Source: Thermodesulfobacteriota bacterium
GTDB lineage: Bacteria; Desulfobacterota_D; UBA1144
DNA length: 33,823 bases
Reading direction: 5' to 3'
Assembly (NCBI GenBank): GCA_029246845.1
Contig: JAQWMJ010000053.1
Location: forward strand, 1 to 33,823
Both the position numbers and the translations under genes were made by a program. Shown here one piece after another: positions 1 to 9,415 of this stretch. The number at the start of each line of letters is the position of its first letter. Position 1 is the stretch's first letter. The notes beneath the pieces were generated by a model. The model did not search any database. It worked only from the letters and a program-made list of their open reading frames with translations, and was not told where the DNA came from.

Positions 1-122
1 GTAAATATACTTTCAATAAATTTGCTATAATTCACTTTATTTTCTTCTGATTCAATTCTTCTAGCAATTTTAGGAAGATGGTTCTCGATTGACTGTCTAT
101 CTAAATGTAGGTCTGGGTTCAT
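1..122 (-). other. In-frame continuation of the ntrC reading frame after the TAG (linker towards the HTH domain), running off the window edge
   Basis: After ...AAA GGT GTC TAG the same frame stays open for 40 codons (MNPDLHLDRQSIENHLPKIARRIESEENKVNYSKFIESIF) to position 1. This is where sigma54 activators have the end of the AAA+ lid and the linker. Confidence 0.7.
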
Positions 123-1238
123 CTAGACACCTTTCTTTATCGAGTTTTCCAGTTCTCTTACGTTGCCAGGCCAATCATAATCAATGAGGCTGCTGAGAAA
201 GTCTTCACTGGCGATTTTCTGACTATCACCTTGGTCTAAATATTTTGCTAAAAAGAAGTCCACAAGAAGAGGAATGTCAGATTTCCTGTCTCTGAGAGTA
301 GGTAACTCTAATGCTATAGAATTAAGTCTGAAGTATAAGTCCTGTCTAAAGTTCTTTTTCTTAACCTCAGCTTCGAGATCTTTATTGGTTGATGCAATTA
401 TTCTTGCCTGAAACTTAATTGGTTTTTGTGATCCCAGCCTATAAAACTTTTTTTCTTCTATGACTCTAAGCAGTTTACTTTGTAAGTCGAAAGACATATC
501 TCCTATTTCATCTAAAAGAATTGTCCCACCATCGGCTTCTTCAAATCTTCCTGTTTTTTTCCCTGAGGCTCCAGTAAAGGCACCTTTTTCATAACCAAAA
601 AGCTCACTTTCTATAAGTTCGTCGGGTATGGCGGTTATATTTATTTGGATATAGGGCTTTTTTGAGTTCTTTCCACTTAAATGAATTGCTTTAGATACTA
701 ATTCTTTTCCTGATCCAGACTCTCCTAAAATCAATACTGTATGGCTACTTTCAGCTATTCTACCAATGTCTTTAAAGACTTTCTTCATCTGATTTGATTT
801 TCCAATTATATTAAAGGAGTCCATATCATATCTTTTAATATCAGTTTCAAGTTTCTCTATCTTTGAATCCTTAATTGAATTCTTAACAGCTCTTTCTATT
901 ATATTTGTAAAATTATCATCAAAATCGAAAGGTTTAGTTATATAGTCATAAGCACCATTTTTAATAGCCTGTATAGCATTTATCATGGTATCTTGTGCAG
1001 TCATAACTATAATTGAAGAATTATTATTTAAATCTCTAATTTTTTTTATATACTTTAACGAATTTCCATCAGGTAGATTGATATCTAAAAGAATTAGACT
1101 GAACTTATTTTTTTTTAAAATGGAATATGTATCTGAAAGTTTGGCTGCAGTTGAAACAGAATATCCCTCTTTCTCTAAAAAGATTTTTAAAACCTGCCTA
1201 ATACTTTGTTCGTCATCTACTATGAGTATTGAATCCAT
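123..1238 (-). CDS. ntrC: NtrC-family sigma54-dependent response regulator, interrupted by a premature TAG before the Fis-type HTH
   Basis: N-terminal receiver domain (IVDDE, LLDINLPD, KPF), Walker A GESGSGKE, ESELFGYEKGAFTGA, LLDEIGDM, WPGNVRELEN; lies downstream of an NtrB-like kinase. Confidence 0.85.
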   Translation of the reverse strand: MDSILIVDDEQSIRQVLKIFLEKEGYSVSTAAKLSDTYSILKKNKFSLILLDINLPDGNSLKYIKKIRDLNNNSSIIVMTAQDTMINAIQAIKNGAYDYITKPFDFDDNFTNIIERAVKNSIKDSKIEKLETDIKRYDMDSFNIIGKSNQMKKVFKDIGRIAESSHTVLILGESGSGKELVSKAIHLSGKNSKKPYIQINITAIPDELIESELFGYEKGAFTGASGKKTGRFEEADGGTILLDEIGDMSFDLQSKLLRVIEEKKFYRLGSQKPIKFQARIIASTNKDLEAEVKKKNFRQDLYFRLNSIALELPTLRDRKSDIPLLVDFFLAKYLDQGDSQKIASEDFLSSLIDYDWPGNVRELENSIKKGV

Positions 1239-1246
1239 TGTGTAGA

Positions 1247-1255
1247 ATTATACCA
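1247..1255 (-). promoter_or_regulatory. Putative extended -10 promoter (TGGTATAAT) 8 nt upstream of the ntrC ATG
   Basis: Minus strand reads TTTTGGTATAATTCTACACAATG with no Shine-Dalgarno sequence. Confidence 0.55.
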
Positions 1256-1261
1256 AAATCT

Positions 1262-2335
1262 TTAGTTGTTGGGTAAATAAATTATAAATTTTGACCCTTT
1301 GTTGAGTTTTGACTCTGCTTCAATAAAACCCCCAAATTTATTTGCTATTTTTTGACTTAAAAATAACCCTATCCCTTGCCCATTTTTTTTTGTAGAGTAG
1401 AAGGGCTGAAATATCATCTTTAGATCTTTTTGACTTATTCCTTTCCCTGTATCTTTTATTTCTATCTGTATTAGATTCTTGTTGTTTAATTTAAAATCCT
1501 TGGTTCTTTTAATCGCAATTCTTATCTCACCGGTATCTTTTATCGAGTCATAAGAATTTTGCATGATATTCTGTATTAAGATTCTTAGCAGCCCTTCATC
1601 TGCTAAGACATCCACTGATTCATCTTCGTAGCTAAAGAAAAGTTTAATATTTTTATTTTTAGAAGTTTTGCTTAAAAGTTCTACCGTATCATTGATAGCC
1701 TTATTAATTTTCACAATTTTAAAATTATTATTTGAGTGAGGCTGAAGATATTTAAATGTATTAACAAGGCCTTCAAGTCGCGTTGCCTCTTTTTCGATTA
1801 TCTCCATGCATTCCTTACTGATAATATCTTCGTTCTTTATAGTCTTCACAATTTGAGCTGCACCCTTTATGCCAGCTAAAGGATTCTTTATTTCATGAGC
1901 TAAACCATAGAACAGTTGGCTCATTATTTTCTCCTCATCCTCAAACTTTGATTTTTTATTTAGAAAAGTCATGCCTTCTAGATTGGCAAACTGAATGAGT
2001 ATATATTCTAAAATCTGCCTTTTGTAGCTATAGTTAAAAATTGGTCTGAGATAAATTGAACTTATATTCTTATTTCCCAAGGAGTCGGTAATAGTAACTT
2101 CACTTACAAATTTAGTTTTATGTGTTTTTTTAACTTCCTTTATCAGTTTGACAATTTCTTTGTCTATTGCACTTATATTGTTTTCTTTTTTTAAAAATTT
2201 TTTTGATTTTCCAAGTATATCTTCAGCTTCTTGATTTATAAACAAAAAATTTAGTTTTTTGTCCAGAAGCAGTATCCCCTCCCTTATATTTTCCAAAATA
2301 ATAGATTCAAAATTATTATTCAATATTTTATGCAA
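1262..2335 (-). CDS. ntrB: NtrB/GlnL-like PAS sensor histidine kinase
   Basis: N-terminal PAS-like region, H-box GLAHEIKNPLAGIKGAAQ typical of NtrB, DTGKGI, F box FQPFYSTK, GQGIGL; start overlaps the hom stop (ATGCATAA). Confidence 0.85.
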   Translation of the reverse strand: MHKILNNNFESIILENIREGILLLDKKLNFLFINQEAEDILGKSKKFLKKENNISAIDKEIVKLIKEVKKTHKTKFVSEVTITDSLGNKNISSIYLRPIFNYSYKRQILEYILIQFANLEGMTFLNKKSKFEDEEKIMSQLFYGLAHEIKNPLAGIKGAAQIVKTIKNEDIISKECMEIIEKEATRLEGLVNTFKYLQPHSNNNFKIVKINKAINDTVELLSKTSKNKNIKLFFSYEDESVDVLADEGLLRILIQNIMQNSYDSIKDTGEIRIAIKRTKDFKLNNKNLIQIEIKDTGKGISQKDLKMIFQPFYSTKKNGQGIGLFLSQKIANKFGGFIEAESKLNKGSKFIIYLPNN

Positions 2336-3608
2336 GATCCTCCACGGGAATTATCAGAGAATCTTTTTGAATTAGCTTACTTTTTGTCATTGAAGCTACA
2401 GCTTTATTCAATGCTTTCAGCTTTAGACTTTTGGTCAAAATTATTACAGGAATCGCTTTTAATTTATTTTCATCATTGTTTTGAATTACTTTATCAATAT
2501 TAATTTTATATTTTCCTAATATACTAGTAACCTTTCCAAGATTTCCTGGTGCATCCTTGATCATTATTCTAAGGTAGAATTTAGACTTTACATCTTCAAA
2601 TTTTCTAAGATTTATTTTTAGTTCGGGTTCCAAGTTTAATTGATCATTTAATTCAGACGAGACACGAACAATGTCGGCAACTATTGCAGAAGCAGTGGGA
2701 AGCATTCCTGCTCCATACCCATAACTCATATAAGGGCCAAGATTATTAGAGTTTACTAAAATAGCGTTAAATTCATTTTTTACGTTAGCTAAAGGGTTCA
2801 CTTTAGAAATTAGAGTTGGGTGCACTCTAGCATCTAGCTCCTTGTTGATAATTCTACTTATACCCAATAGCTTTATCTCATATCCAAGATTTTTAGCAAC
2901 CTCTATGTCATAAGAAGAAATATCTTCGATACCCTGAGTGTATATTTGATCTACATTTAGATTAAGATTAAAACATGTCTGACATAGAACAGCTACTTTA
3001 TGAGCCGTATCTTTACCATTGATGTCTAGGGTTGGATCGGCTTCAGCAAAACCCTCTTTTTTTGCCATATCTAGAGCCTTTGTGAAATCTATTCCTCTGG
3101 ACATTAAGGTTAATATGTAGTTGCAAGTTCCATTTAGTATTCCCCAGAAAGAAGTAATATCATTTATTAATATCGAATCCTTTATAGAATTTATTATTGG
3201 TATACCTCCTCCCACACTTGCTTCATAGCCAATTGATACATTATTTACATTAGATAATTTTCTTAAATCTTTTCCTTTATAGGCCAGAAGTGCTTTATTT
3301 GCTGTAACAAGATGTTTCTTATTTTTTAAAGTTTCTTTAGAAATATTGTAGGCCACTTTTATACCACCTATTAGTTCAATGACAATATCAATTTCTTTAG
3401 ATTTTGTTATATCAATATAATTCTTAGTAAAGTTTTCTTTAGATATTTTTAACCTTTTTCTGCTGGCCTCTGAAATATCACAGCATTTTTTTATATTTAT
3501 CTCGATATTATATTGTTTTTTAATTTTAGACTTTCTTTGATTTAATATCTTATACACACCACTTCCAATAGTGCCCAAACCAATTATGCCAACATTAATT
3601 TTTTTCAT
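2328..3608 (-). CDS. hom: Homoserine dehydrogenase with C-terminal ACT domain
   Basis: GLGTIGSG, VTANKALLA, YEASVGGGIPII, GILNGTCNYIL, GFAEADPTLDING, ACT-like DAPGNLGKV. Confidence 0.96.
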   Translation of the reverse strand: MKKINVGIIGLGTIGSGVYKILNQRKSKIKKQYNIEINIKKCCDISEASRKRLKISKENFTKNYIDITKSKEIDIVIELIGGIKVAYNISKETLKNKKHLVTANKALLAYKGKDLRKLSNVNNVSIGYEASVGGGIPIINSIKDSILINDITSFWGILNGTCNYILTLMSRGIDFTKALDMAKKEGFAEADPTLDINGKDTAHKVAVLCQTCFNLNLNVDQIYTQGIEDISSYDIEVAKNLGYEIKLLGISRIINKELDARVHPTLISKVNPLANVKNEFNAILVNSNNLGPYMSYGYGAGMLPTASAIVADIVRVSSELNDQLNLEPELKINLRKFEDVKSKFYLRIMIKDAPGNLGKVTSILGKYKINIDKVIQNNDENKLKAIPVIILTKSLKLKALNKAVASMTKSKLIQKDSLIIPVEDLA

Positions 3609-3673
3609 TATACTAAATTGAATTAATAGTAACTTGGATATATTCTAACAAATTATATCTACATATTAAACAA

Positions 3674-3746
3674 GGGGCCGTAGCTCAGTTGGGAGAGCGC
3701 TTGGATGGCATTCAAGAGGTCGAGGGTTCGATCCCCTTCGGCTCCA
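3674..3746 (+). tRNA. tRNA-Ala(GGC)
   Basis: Acceptor stem GGGGCCG/CGGCTCC with G3:U70, D arm TAGCTCAGTTGGGAGAGC, anticodon loop ATGGCAT, T arm GGTTCGATCC; CCA not encoded. Confidence 0.96.
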
Positions 3747-3797
3747 ATATTAAAATCCAAGTTCACACCTTTCGTCAAGTTAAACAAAAAATCAAAA

Positions 3798-4988
3798 CTA
3801 TAGCTTCTCTAAGCTTTCTTTGATTCTTTTTGTGCCCTCGATTATGTCTTTCATTGAAGTAGCATATGAAATTCGTATATGGTTGTCAGACCCAAATTCA
3901 ATTCCAGGGACTACTGCTACCTTTCCCTCATCAAGCAGGAAGTCAGTTAATTCTATAGAATTTGAAATTGTTTTCCCTCTAAACTTTTTACCAAAATAAT
4001 AAGAAATATCCGGAAAAACATAAAAGGCTCCCATTGGGACATAGCACTTCACACCTATAATATTGTTCAAAAATGATGAGATATAATCCTTTCTAGTGCC
4101 AAATTCAATCAGCATTTCCTCGACTTTATCTTGGTTGCCTGAAAACGCTTCAATGGCAGCTTTCTGTGATATTGAAGTAGGATTTGAAGTAGATTGTCCA
4201 GACAAGTTATTCATTGCAGATATTACACCTGAATTTCCAGCAGCGTATCCAATCCTCCACCCTGTCATAGAGTATGTTTTTGATACACCATTCACGAGTA
4301 TAGTTCTTTCTTTTGCATCCTGGCTTAATTGTGGAAAAGAGATGTGTTGCTCTCCTGAATAGATTATCTTGTCGTATATTTCATCAGATAGAACAATTAA
4401 GTTTTTCTCCCTTGCCGCATCAGCAATTTCTAAGAGTTCATCTTTTGTATATGTAGAACCTGTAGGATTAGAAGGATAATTTAGTACTAGTATTTTAGTC
4501 TTATCGGTACATTTGGATTTGATTTGTTCTTTTGTAATTTTGAAACCATCTTCTTGTGATGTATTAAGTATGATTGGTGTCCCGCCGGAAATTTTAACTT
4601 GTTCAGGATATGAAACCCAATATGGTGCAGGGATTAATACTTCATCACCTTCATCAACTAAAACATTAAACAGGTTGTATAAAACATGTTTAGCTCCAGA
4701 GCCAACAAGGATTTCATTATTCTTATACTCTATTTTATAGTCATTTAAGATACGGTCTCTTATAGCCTCTTTAAGTTCTAGGATTCCACCCGCAGCCGTG
4801 TACTTCGTAAATCCGGCATCAATTGATTCTTTTGCAGCCAACTTTATATTCTCAGGTGTGTCAAAATCAGGTTCCCCCGCACCAAATCCAATAATATCAA
4901 TACCTTTGGATCTTAATTCTTTTGCCTTGGCTGTGATAGCAAGTGTAGCAGAAGGCTTAAGGGTCCTGGCCAGTTTAGAAAGTTTCAT
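3798..4988 (-). CDS. aspC: PLP-dependent class I/II aminotransferase (aspartate aminotransferase-like)
   Basis: GAGEPDFDTP, NYPSNPTG, SDEIY, SKTYSMTGWRIGY (PLP lysine), IRISYA. Confidence 0.9.
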   Translation of the reverse strand: MKLSKLARTLKPSATLAITAKAKELRSKGIDIIGFGAGEPDFDTPENIKLAAKESIDAGFTKYTAAGGILELKEAIRDRILNDYKIEYKNNEILVGSGAKHVLYNLFNVLVDEGDEVLIPAPYWVSYPEQVKISGGTPIILNTSQEDGFKITKEQIKSKCTDKTKILVLNYPSNPTGSTYTKDELLEIADAAREKNLIVLSDEIYDKIIYSGEQHISFPQLSQDAKERTILVNGVSKTYSMTGWRIGYAAGNSGVISAMNNLSGQSTSNPTSISQKAAIEAFSGNQDKVEEMLIEFGTRKDYISSFLNNIIGVKCYVPMGAFYVFPDISYYFGKKFRGKTISNSIELTDFLLDEGKVAVVPGIEFGSDNHIRISYATSMKDIIEGTKRIKESLEKL

Positions 4989-4991
4989 TTT

Positions 4992-5480
4992 TTACCCCTT
5001 TTTTAATAGTTTTTTTCTTAGTTCTTTTTCAACAATCTTAGGAATAAAATTACTTGCATCTCCACCTAAACGAATAATATCTTTTATAAGAGATGAACTA
5101 ATATGCGAATAGTTCCCATCAGCAACCATAAATATGGTTTCTATTTTGTTGTTAAGTTTATTGTTAGATGTTGCCATTTGAAGCTCATATTCAAAATCTT
5201 GAACGGTTCTCATGCCTCTTAGAATAGTGTATATCTTTTTTTTGTCGGCATATTGGGCTAATAACCCTTCAAACTGATCAATAATAATCTTTTTCTTATT
5301 TTTAAATAGTTTTTTTAAAATATAAACTCTTTCATCTGAAGTGAGTATTGAGTTTTTGGAAGAATTCTTTGCTACTCCAATAATAACTTCATCAAAACAG
5401 CGTGCAGCTCTTTCAATTATATTTACATGACCATTAGTTAAGGGATCAAAACTTCCAGGATAAATTACAGACTTTTTCAT
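4992..5480 (-). CDS. coaD: Pantetheine-phosphate adenylyltransferase
   Basis: YPGSFDPLTNGH, RGMRTVQDFEYE, ISSS. ATG at 5480 (MKKSVIY) is preferred over the track start at 5498. Confidence 0.96.
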   Translation of the reverse strand: MKKSVIYPGSFDPLTNGHVNIIERAARCFDEVIIGVAKNSSKNSILTSDERVYILKKLFKNKKKIIIDQFEGLLAQYADKKKIYTILRGMRTVQDFEYELQMATSNNKLNNKIETIFMVADGNYSHISSSLIKDIIRLGGDASNFIPKIVEKELRKKLLKKG

Positions 5481-5482
5481 AT

Positions 5483-6025
5483 CTAATTCTGCCAGCAAAA
5501 GGTTATAAATTTATCTTTATACTCTTTCACTCTATTTTCGACATCTAATATAATCTTCTCCTCTTTAGGATGTTCACAAACAATGATTCCACCTGGAGGG
5601 GATAATTTTAGTGCCGTTCTAATAATACCATTAAGTGTTTTGTCATCAAAATATGAATAAGGAGGATCAATAAAAATTAGATCATATTTTTTTTTATCCT
5701 TTATTAGCATTCTAGTTCCTTCTTTAAACTCTTTATTGATAACCATTGATTGACTTACAAAACCACACTTAGACAAGTTGTCCTTTATGCAATTAATGGA
5801 GGTAGGACTCTTGTCTATAAAGGTTGAAAACTTTGCACCTAAACTTAAAGACTCTATTCCTAGAGAACCACTACCAGCAAAAATATCAAGTACCTCTTTA
5901 TCTTTTACCGAAAAAAGGATATCGAAAATCATTTTTCTAATTTTACTAGTTTTTGGTCTAACTAAATTATTATTAGGGACTTTTAATCTAAAGCCTTTTT
6001 TTGTTCCATTTGATATTTTAATCAT
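5483..6025 (-). CDS. rsmD: 16S rRNA m2G966 methyltransferase
   Basis: VRP, LDIFAGSGSLGIESLSLGA, DLIFIDPPY; canonical rsmD-coaD order. Confidence 0.9.
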   Translation of the reverse strand: MIKISNGTKKGFRLKVPNNNLVRPKTSKIRKMIFDILFSVKDKEVLDIFAGSGSLGIESLSLGAKFSTFIDKSPTSINCIKDNLSKCGFVSQSMVINKEFKEGTRMLIKDKKKYDLIFIDPPYSYFDDKTLNGIIRTALKLSPPGGIIVCEHPKEEKIILDVENRVKEYKDKFITFCWQN

Positions 6026-6037
6026 AAGTTAAATTTT

Positions 6038-7807
6038 TTATTTTTTATAGAAAATACCCTCTGCTTCTTTTAAAAGACCATTCATTAGATACATGCTGCT
6101 CTCCCAGAAGTCACTTCTTGTAATATCTAAACCAGTTTTTTTAACTAAGGACTCGGGAGAATTAGTGCTACCTGATGACAAAAGTTCAATATATTTTTTC
6201 ACAAAACCTTTATTGTCTTCTTGGTATTTAGCAAAAAGCCCATGAACAAGCAATTCTCCAAAAGAATATGAATAACAATAAAATGGAGAATGAATAAAAT
6301 GAGGAATATACATCCACCAAGATTTGTAATTATCTGATATTTTTATTGAACGCCCAAACATTCTTGAGTTTGCCTTTGTCCATGCTTTATCAAAGTCATC
6401 AGCTGATAGCTCACCGGTTTTTTTACATTTTGTATGAACGTCTAGCTCAAAATTAGTCATAACTATTTGCCTAAATACCGTTGCAAAAATATCCTCTAGT
6501 TTTGAACAGATTAAATATAGTTTTTCTTTCTTATCTGTTTCATTTTCTAAGAGTTTTGTAAACACAAGCATCTCAGCAAATACACTAGCAGTCTCAGCAG
6601 TTGTTAAAGGAGTATTTTGCTGAAAATAACCATTTTTCCTAGAAAGATATTGGTGTATACCGTGACCAAGTTCATGCGCTAGTGTCATTACATCTCTAAT
6701 CTTTCCTGTAAAGTTCATCAAAATGTATGGGTGCACCGATGGAACGCATGAATGGCTAAAAGCACCACCTCTCTTACCTTTTCTAAGCTTATAGTCTATC
6801 CAGTTGTTATCAAAGAATAATTTTGCTACCTTACCCATCTGAGGTGAAAATTCATTAAATGAATCTAATACAATTTTTTTCGCATCAGCAAAAGAAAATT
6901 TTCTATTTGACTGACCCAACGGTGCATATCTGTCATAATCTGTAAAGTTTTTTATTTTTAAAATTTTACTTTTTAATTTGTAATATCTTATAGGAACTTT
7001 ATTGTATTTATTGCAGGTATCAATTAAAGCTTGAACAGTTTTTTGTGAGATTTCATTAGATAAATTTCTTGAAGACATTGGGGTCTTGTGGCCTCTAATT
7101 TCATTCGTAATTTTAGAGTCAGTTAAAATTTGATTGAATACAAAGGTTAAAAGCTTTCTCTCTGATTTTAAACCTTTTGTTAAGCTTTCAGAAGCAGATA
7201 TTCTTATTTTTCTATCTTTATCATACAAGAGTGATAGAACTTCTGTCTCGGTGAGAATAGTTGCTTTATTTTTAAATTTCATTTCAAACTCAAGATTGTT
7301 TAAAGTCTGATCAAAGAGCCTATTAAAAGCTCTTGAAGATGTAATTGATTTTTTATCTAATATCTTTTCCTCAGGCTCTGTTAGCATAAAGTTTTTATAT
7401 TTTCTCTCTGACTTTAGTAAGTGAGAGTACTTGTTGAGTGCTGGACTTGAATAAATCTCTTTAGCTCTTTTTTCTGAGATTTTATTCCATGATAAAAAAT
7501 AAAAAATTAGGTTTTTTCTGATATCTGATGTCCGTTCAGAAACATTTTGGTAAAACTTAGAATATTTTTCATTGTTAGTGTCTGCAGCAAATAATAATGA
7601 TGCATATGATGATATTTTTCCTAGCCCCTCATATATCTTTTCAATCTCTACAAGAGATTCAAAGATTAACTTGGGTGAGGAGGAATCGGATATTCTATTC
7701 CTATATTTTTTATTAAACTTTTTTGACCTAAGATCTAACTTTGTAAAATCAGAATTAATCTCTTTTGAATCTACACTTTTATATAAATCTTTTAGATTCC
7801 AATCCAT
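6038..7807 (-). CDS. pepF: M3B family oligoendopeptidase (PepF-like)
   Basis: WNLKDLY N-terminus, GKRGGAF, TLAHELGHGIH zinc motif, AETASVFAE, IPHFIHSPFYCYSY. ATG 7807 follows SD GAGGTG. Confidence 0.9.
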   Translation of the reverse strand: MDWNLKDLYKSVDSKEINSDFTKLDLRSKKFNKKYRNRISDSSSPKLIFESLVEIEKIYEGLGKISSYASLLFAADTNNEKYSKFYQNVSERTSDIRKNLIFYFLSWNKISEKRAKEIYSSPALNKYSHLLKSERKYKNFMLTEPEEKILDKKSITSSRAFNRLFDQTLNNLEFEMKFKNKATILTETEVLSLLYDKDRKIRISASESLTKGLKSERKLLTFVFNQILTDSKITNEIRGHKTPMSSRNLSNEISQKTVQALIDTCNKYNKVPIRYYKLKSKILKIKNFTDYDRYAPLGQSNRKFSFADAKKIVLDSFNEFSPQMGKVAKLFFDNNWIDYKLRKGKRGGAFSHSCVPSVHPYILMNFTGKIRDVMTLAHELGHGIHQYLSRKNGYFQQNTPLTTAETASVFAEMLVFTKLLENETDKKEKLYLICSKLEDIFATVFRQIVMTNFELDVHTKCKKTGELSADDFDKAWTKANSRMFGRSIKISDNYKSWWMYIPHFIHSPFYCYSYSFGELLVHGLFAKYQEDNKGFVKKYIELLSSGSTNSPESLVKKTGLDITRSDFWESSMYLMNGLLKEAEGIFYKK

Positions 7808-7834
7808 AACCACCTCTCTTATTTACTTGCTATT

Positions 7835-8266
7835 TTAGCTTGTTAATCCTTTGGCGATCTTACTAATCATAGAATTATCGGCACTAGAGGAAAATTCTTT
7901 TATAGAGGCTTTAATGAGCTCACCCATATTTAATTTACCTTCAGATTCCAAGCTATCTTTTATTTTTTTCATACCTTTCATAAGATCTTGTTCTGTCATT
8001 TGTTCAGGAAGGTATGATTCTAAGATAGAAAGCTCTTCTTCTTCAACTTTAGCTAAGTCATCTCGATTGTTCGCAGAATATAACTTTATTGCTTCTCTCC
8101 GCTTTTTTATTTCTTTCTTTATTATATTCATAATTGATTCCTCTGTGGCGGAATCTTTCAATCCTTCATTAGTGATATTCGAAATTATAGTTCTTACAAC
8201 ATTTGATCCAAGCTTATTCTTACTTTTAATAAAACGCTTTAAATCCTCTCTTATTTTTTCCAACAT
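7835..8266 (-). CDS. GatB/YqeY domain protein
   Basis: KEIKKRREAIKLY...RDDLAKVEEEELSILESYLPEQM...MG pattern; 143 aa. Confidence 0.9.
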   Translation of the reverse strand: MLEKIREDLKRFIKSKNKLGSNVVRTIISNITNEGLKDSATEESIMNIIKKEIKKRREAIKLYSANNRDDLAKVEEEELSILESYLPEQMTEQDLMKGMKKIKDSLESEGKLNMGELIKASIKEFSSSADNSMISKIAKGLTS

Positions 8267-8275
8267 TGTTTAAAT

Positions 8276-9352
8276 CTAACTTATTTTTTTACAATCTCCA
8301 TTAATAATAGTGAAAATAGAAAAATCTTTGCTCTTATTTGTCTCCAAAACACTTTTATTGTTTGCCGTTATAAAGCATTGAGTTTCAAGACTTGTAATAA
8401 AAGTATAGAAAAAATTAAACCTCTTTTGATCGAACTCACTGCCTATCTCATCAACTAGTATTATAGGAAAGTCATTATTAACTTTTTTTAATAATAAAAT
8501 TTCAGAAATTTTTAAAGCCATAGAGACGCTTTTTTTCTCACCTTCTGAACCGAATTCAAAGGTATCGAAACCATTAAGAACAAAAGATATCTGATCTTTA
8601 TGCGAACCAGTTAGACACTTTCCAGTCATTTTCTCCTTCATTCTGTTTGATTTTAGCTTGGTCTTCAAATTCTCAGAATTTAAAGAATCACTTTGAATAT
8701 TAAAATCCAGCGAATTTGTAGGAGCAAGTTTCTTCAAAACCTTATCTGCTATATTTGTGATTCTTGAAAGCCACAAACTCCTTTCATTAGCGAGAGAGTA
8801 TGATAAATTCAACAATCTCTCATCAATGAAGTCCAAGATCTCGTCATCCTTACTTGTTCCTAAAATCTCATTTTTTCTTTTTATCTCCTCAGAGTAAAGC
8901 TGAAGCTTCTTATTAAAAGTAAGGCTTATGTTGGATAGTATGGTATCTAAAGTGATTCTCCGAGGTCTAAAGGATTTCTCTAAATTTTCTTTAAATTCTC
9001 TATCTATTAGAACTGTAGCAAGCACTTTTTTTAATTCTAAACGATTTTTAATTTTTTTATCATTAACCAAAAATTTCTTTTTGTTTTCATCTATAGTAAG
9101 TTTTATCTCATTTACAGAGTTGTTGTTTGTGGTTCTTATTCCTATTTCCGCACTTTTACTGGAGAAATTAACAACGTTTTTGCTTTTCGATGTTCTATAA
9201 GATTTACCATTAATACAAATCCAAACGGCCTCTAATAGACTTGTCTTTCCATGACCATTGTTACCCAAAAACAAATTAATCCTTGGACTTAGTTCAATTT
9301 TGCATTGAGAGTAGTTTCTGAAATTTTTAAGAGAGATAGAATTTATTTTCAT
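8276..9352 (-). CDS. recF: DNA replication and repair protein RecF
   Basis: LKNFRNY, GNNGHGKTSLLEA, GSHKD, GSEGEKKS, PIILVDEIGSEFD. Confidence 0.9.
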   Translation of the reverse strand: MKINSISLKNFRNYSQCKIELSPRINLFLGNNGHGKTSLLEAVWICINGKSYRTSKSKNVVNFSSKSAEIGIRTTNNNSVNEIKLTIDENKKKFLVNDKKIKNRLELKKVLATVLIDREFKENLEKSFRPRRITLDTILSNISLTFNKKLQLYSEEIKRKNEILGTSKDDEILDFIDERLLNLSYSLANERSLWLSRITNIADKVLKKLAPTNSLDFNIQSDSLNSENLKTKLKSNRMKEKMTGKCLTGSHKDQISFVLNGFDTFEFGSEGEKKSVSMALKISEILLLKKVNNDFPIILVDEIGSEFDQKRFNFFYTFITSLETQCFITANNKSVLETNKSKDFSIFTIINGDCKKIS

Positions 9353-9379
9353 TTTTTACATCTATTTAATATTAGTTGC

Positions 9380-9407
9380 TTGAACTATTATAACCCATTG
9401 GTAATCT
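9380..9407 (+). promoter_or_regulatory. Putative sigma70 promoter for the CDC48-like gene (TTGAAC-16-TAATCT with TG extension), 8 nt from the ATG
   Basis: TTGAAC at 9380-9385, TG at 9399-9400, TAATCT at 9402-9407, ATG at 9416; no SD. Confidence 0.4.
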
Positions 9408-9415
9408 ATTGAAAT

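Noticed and set aside
123..125. Genome-wide TAG reassignment or pyrrolysine
   Set aside because: Many full-length genes in the window end at TAG at their expected C-termini, and no pyl genes or suppressor tRNA are present.
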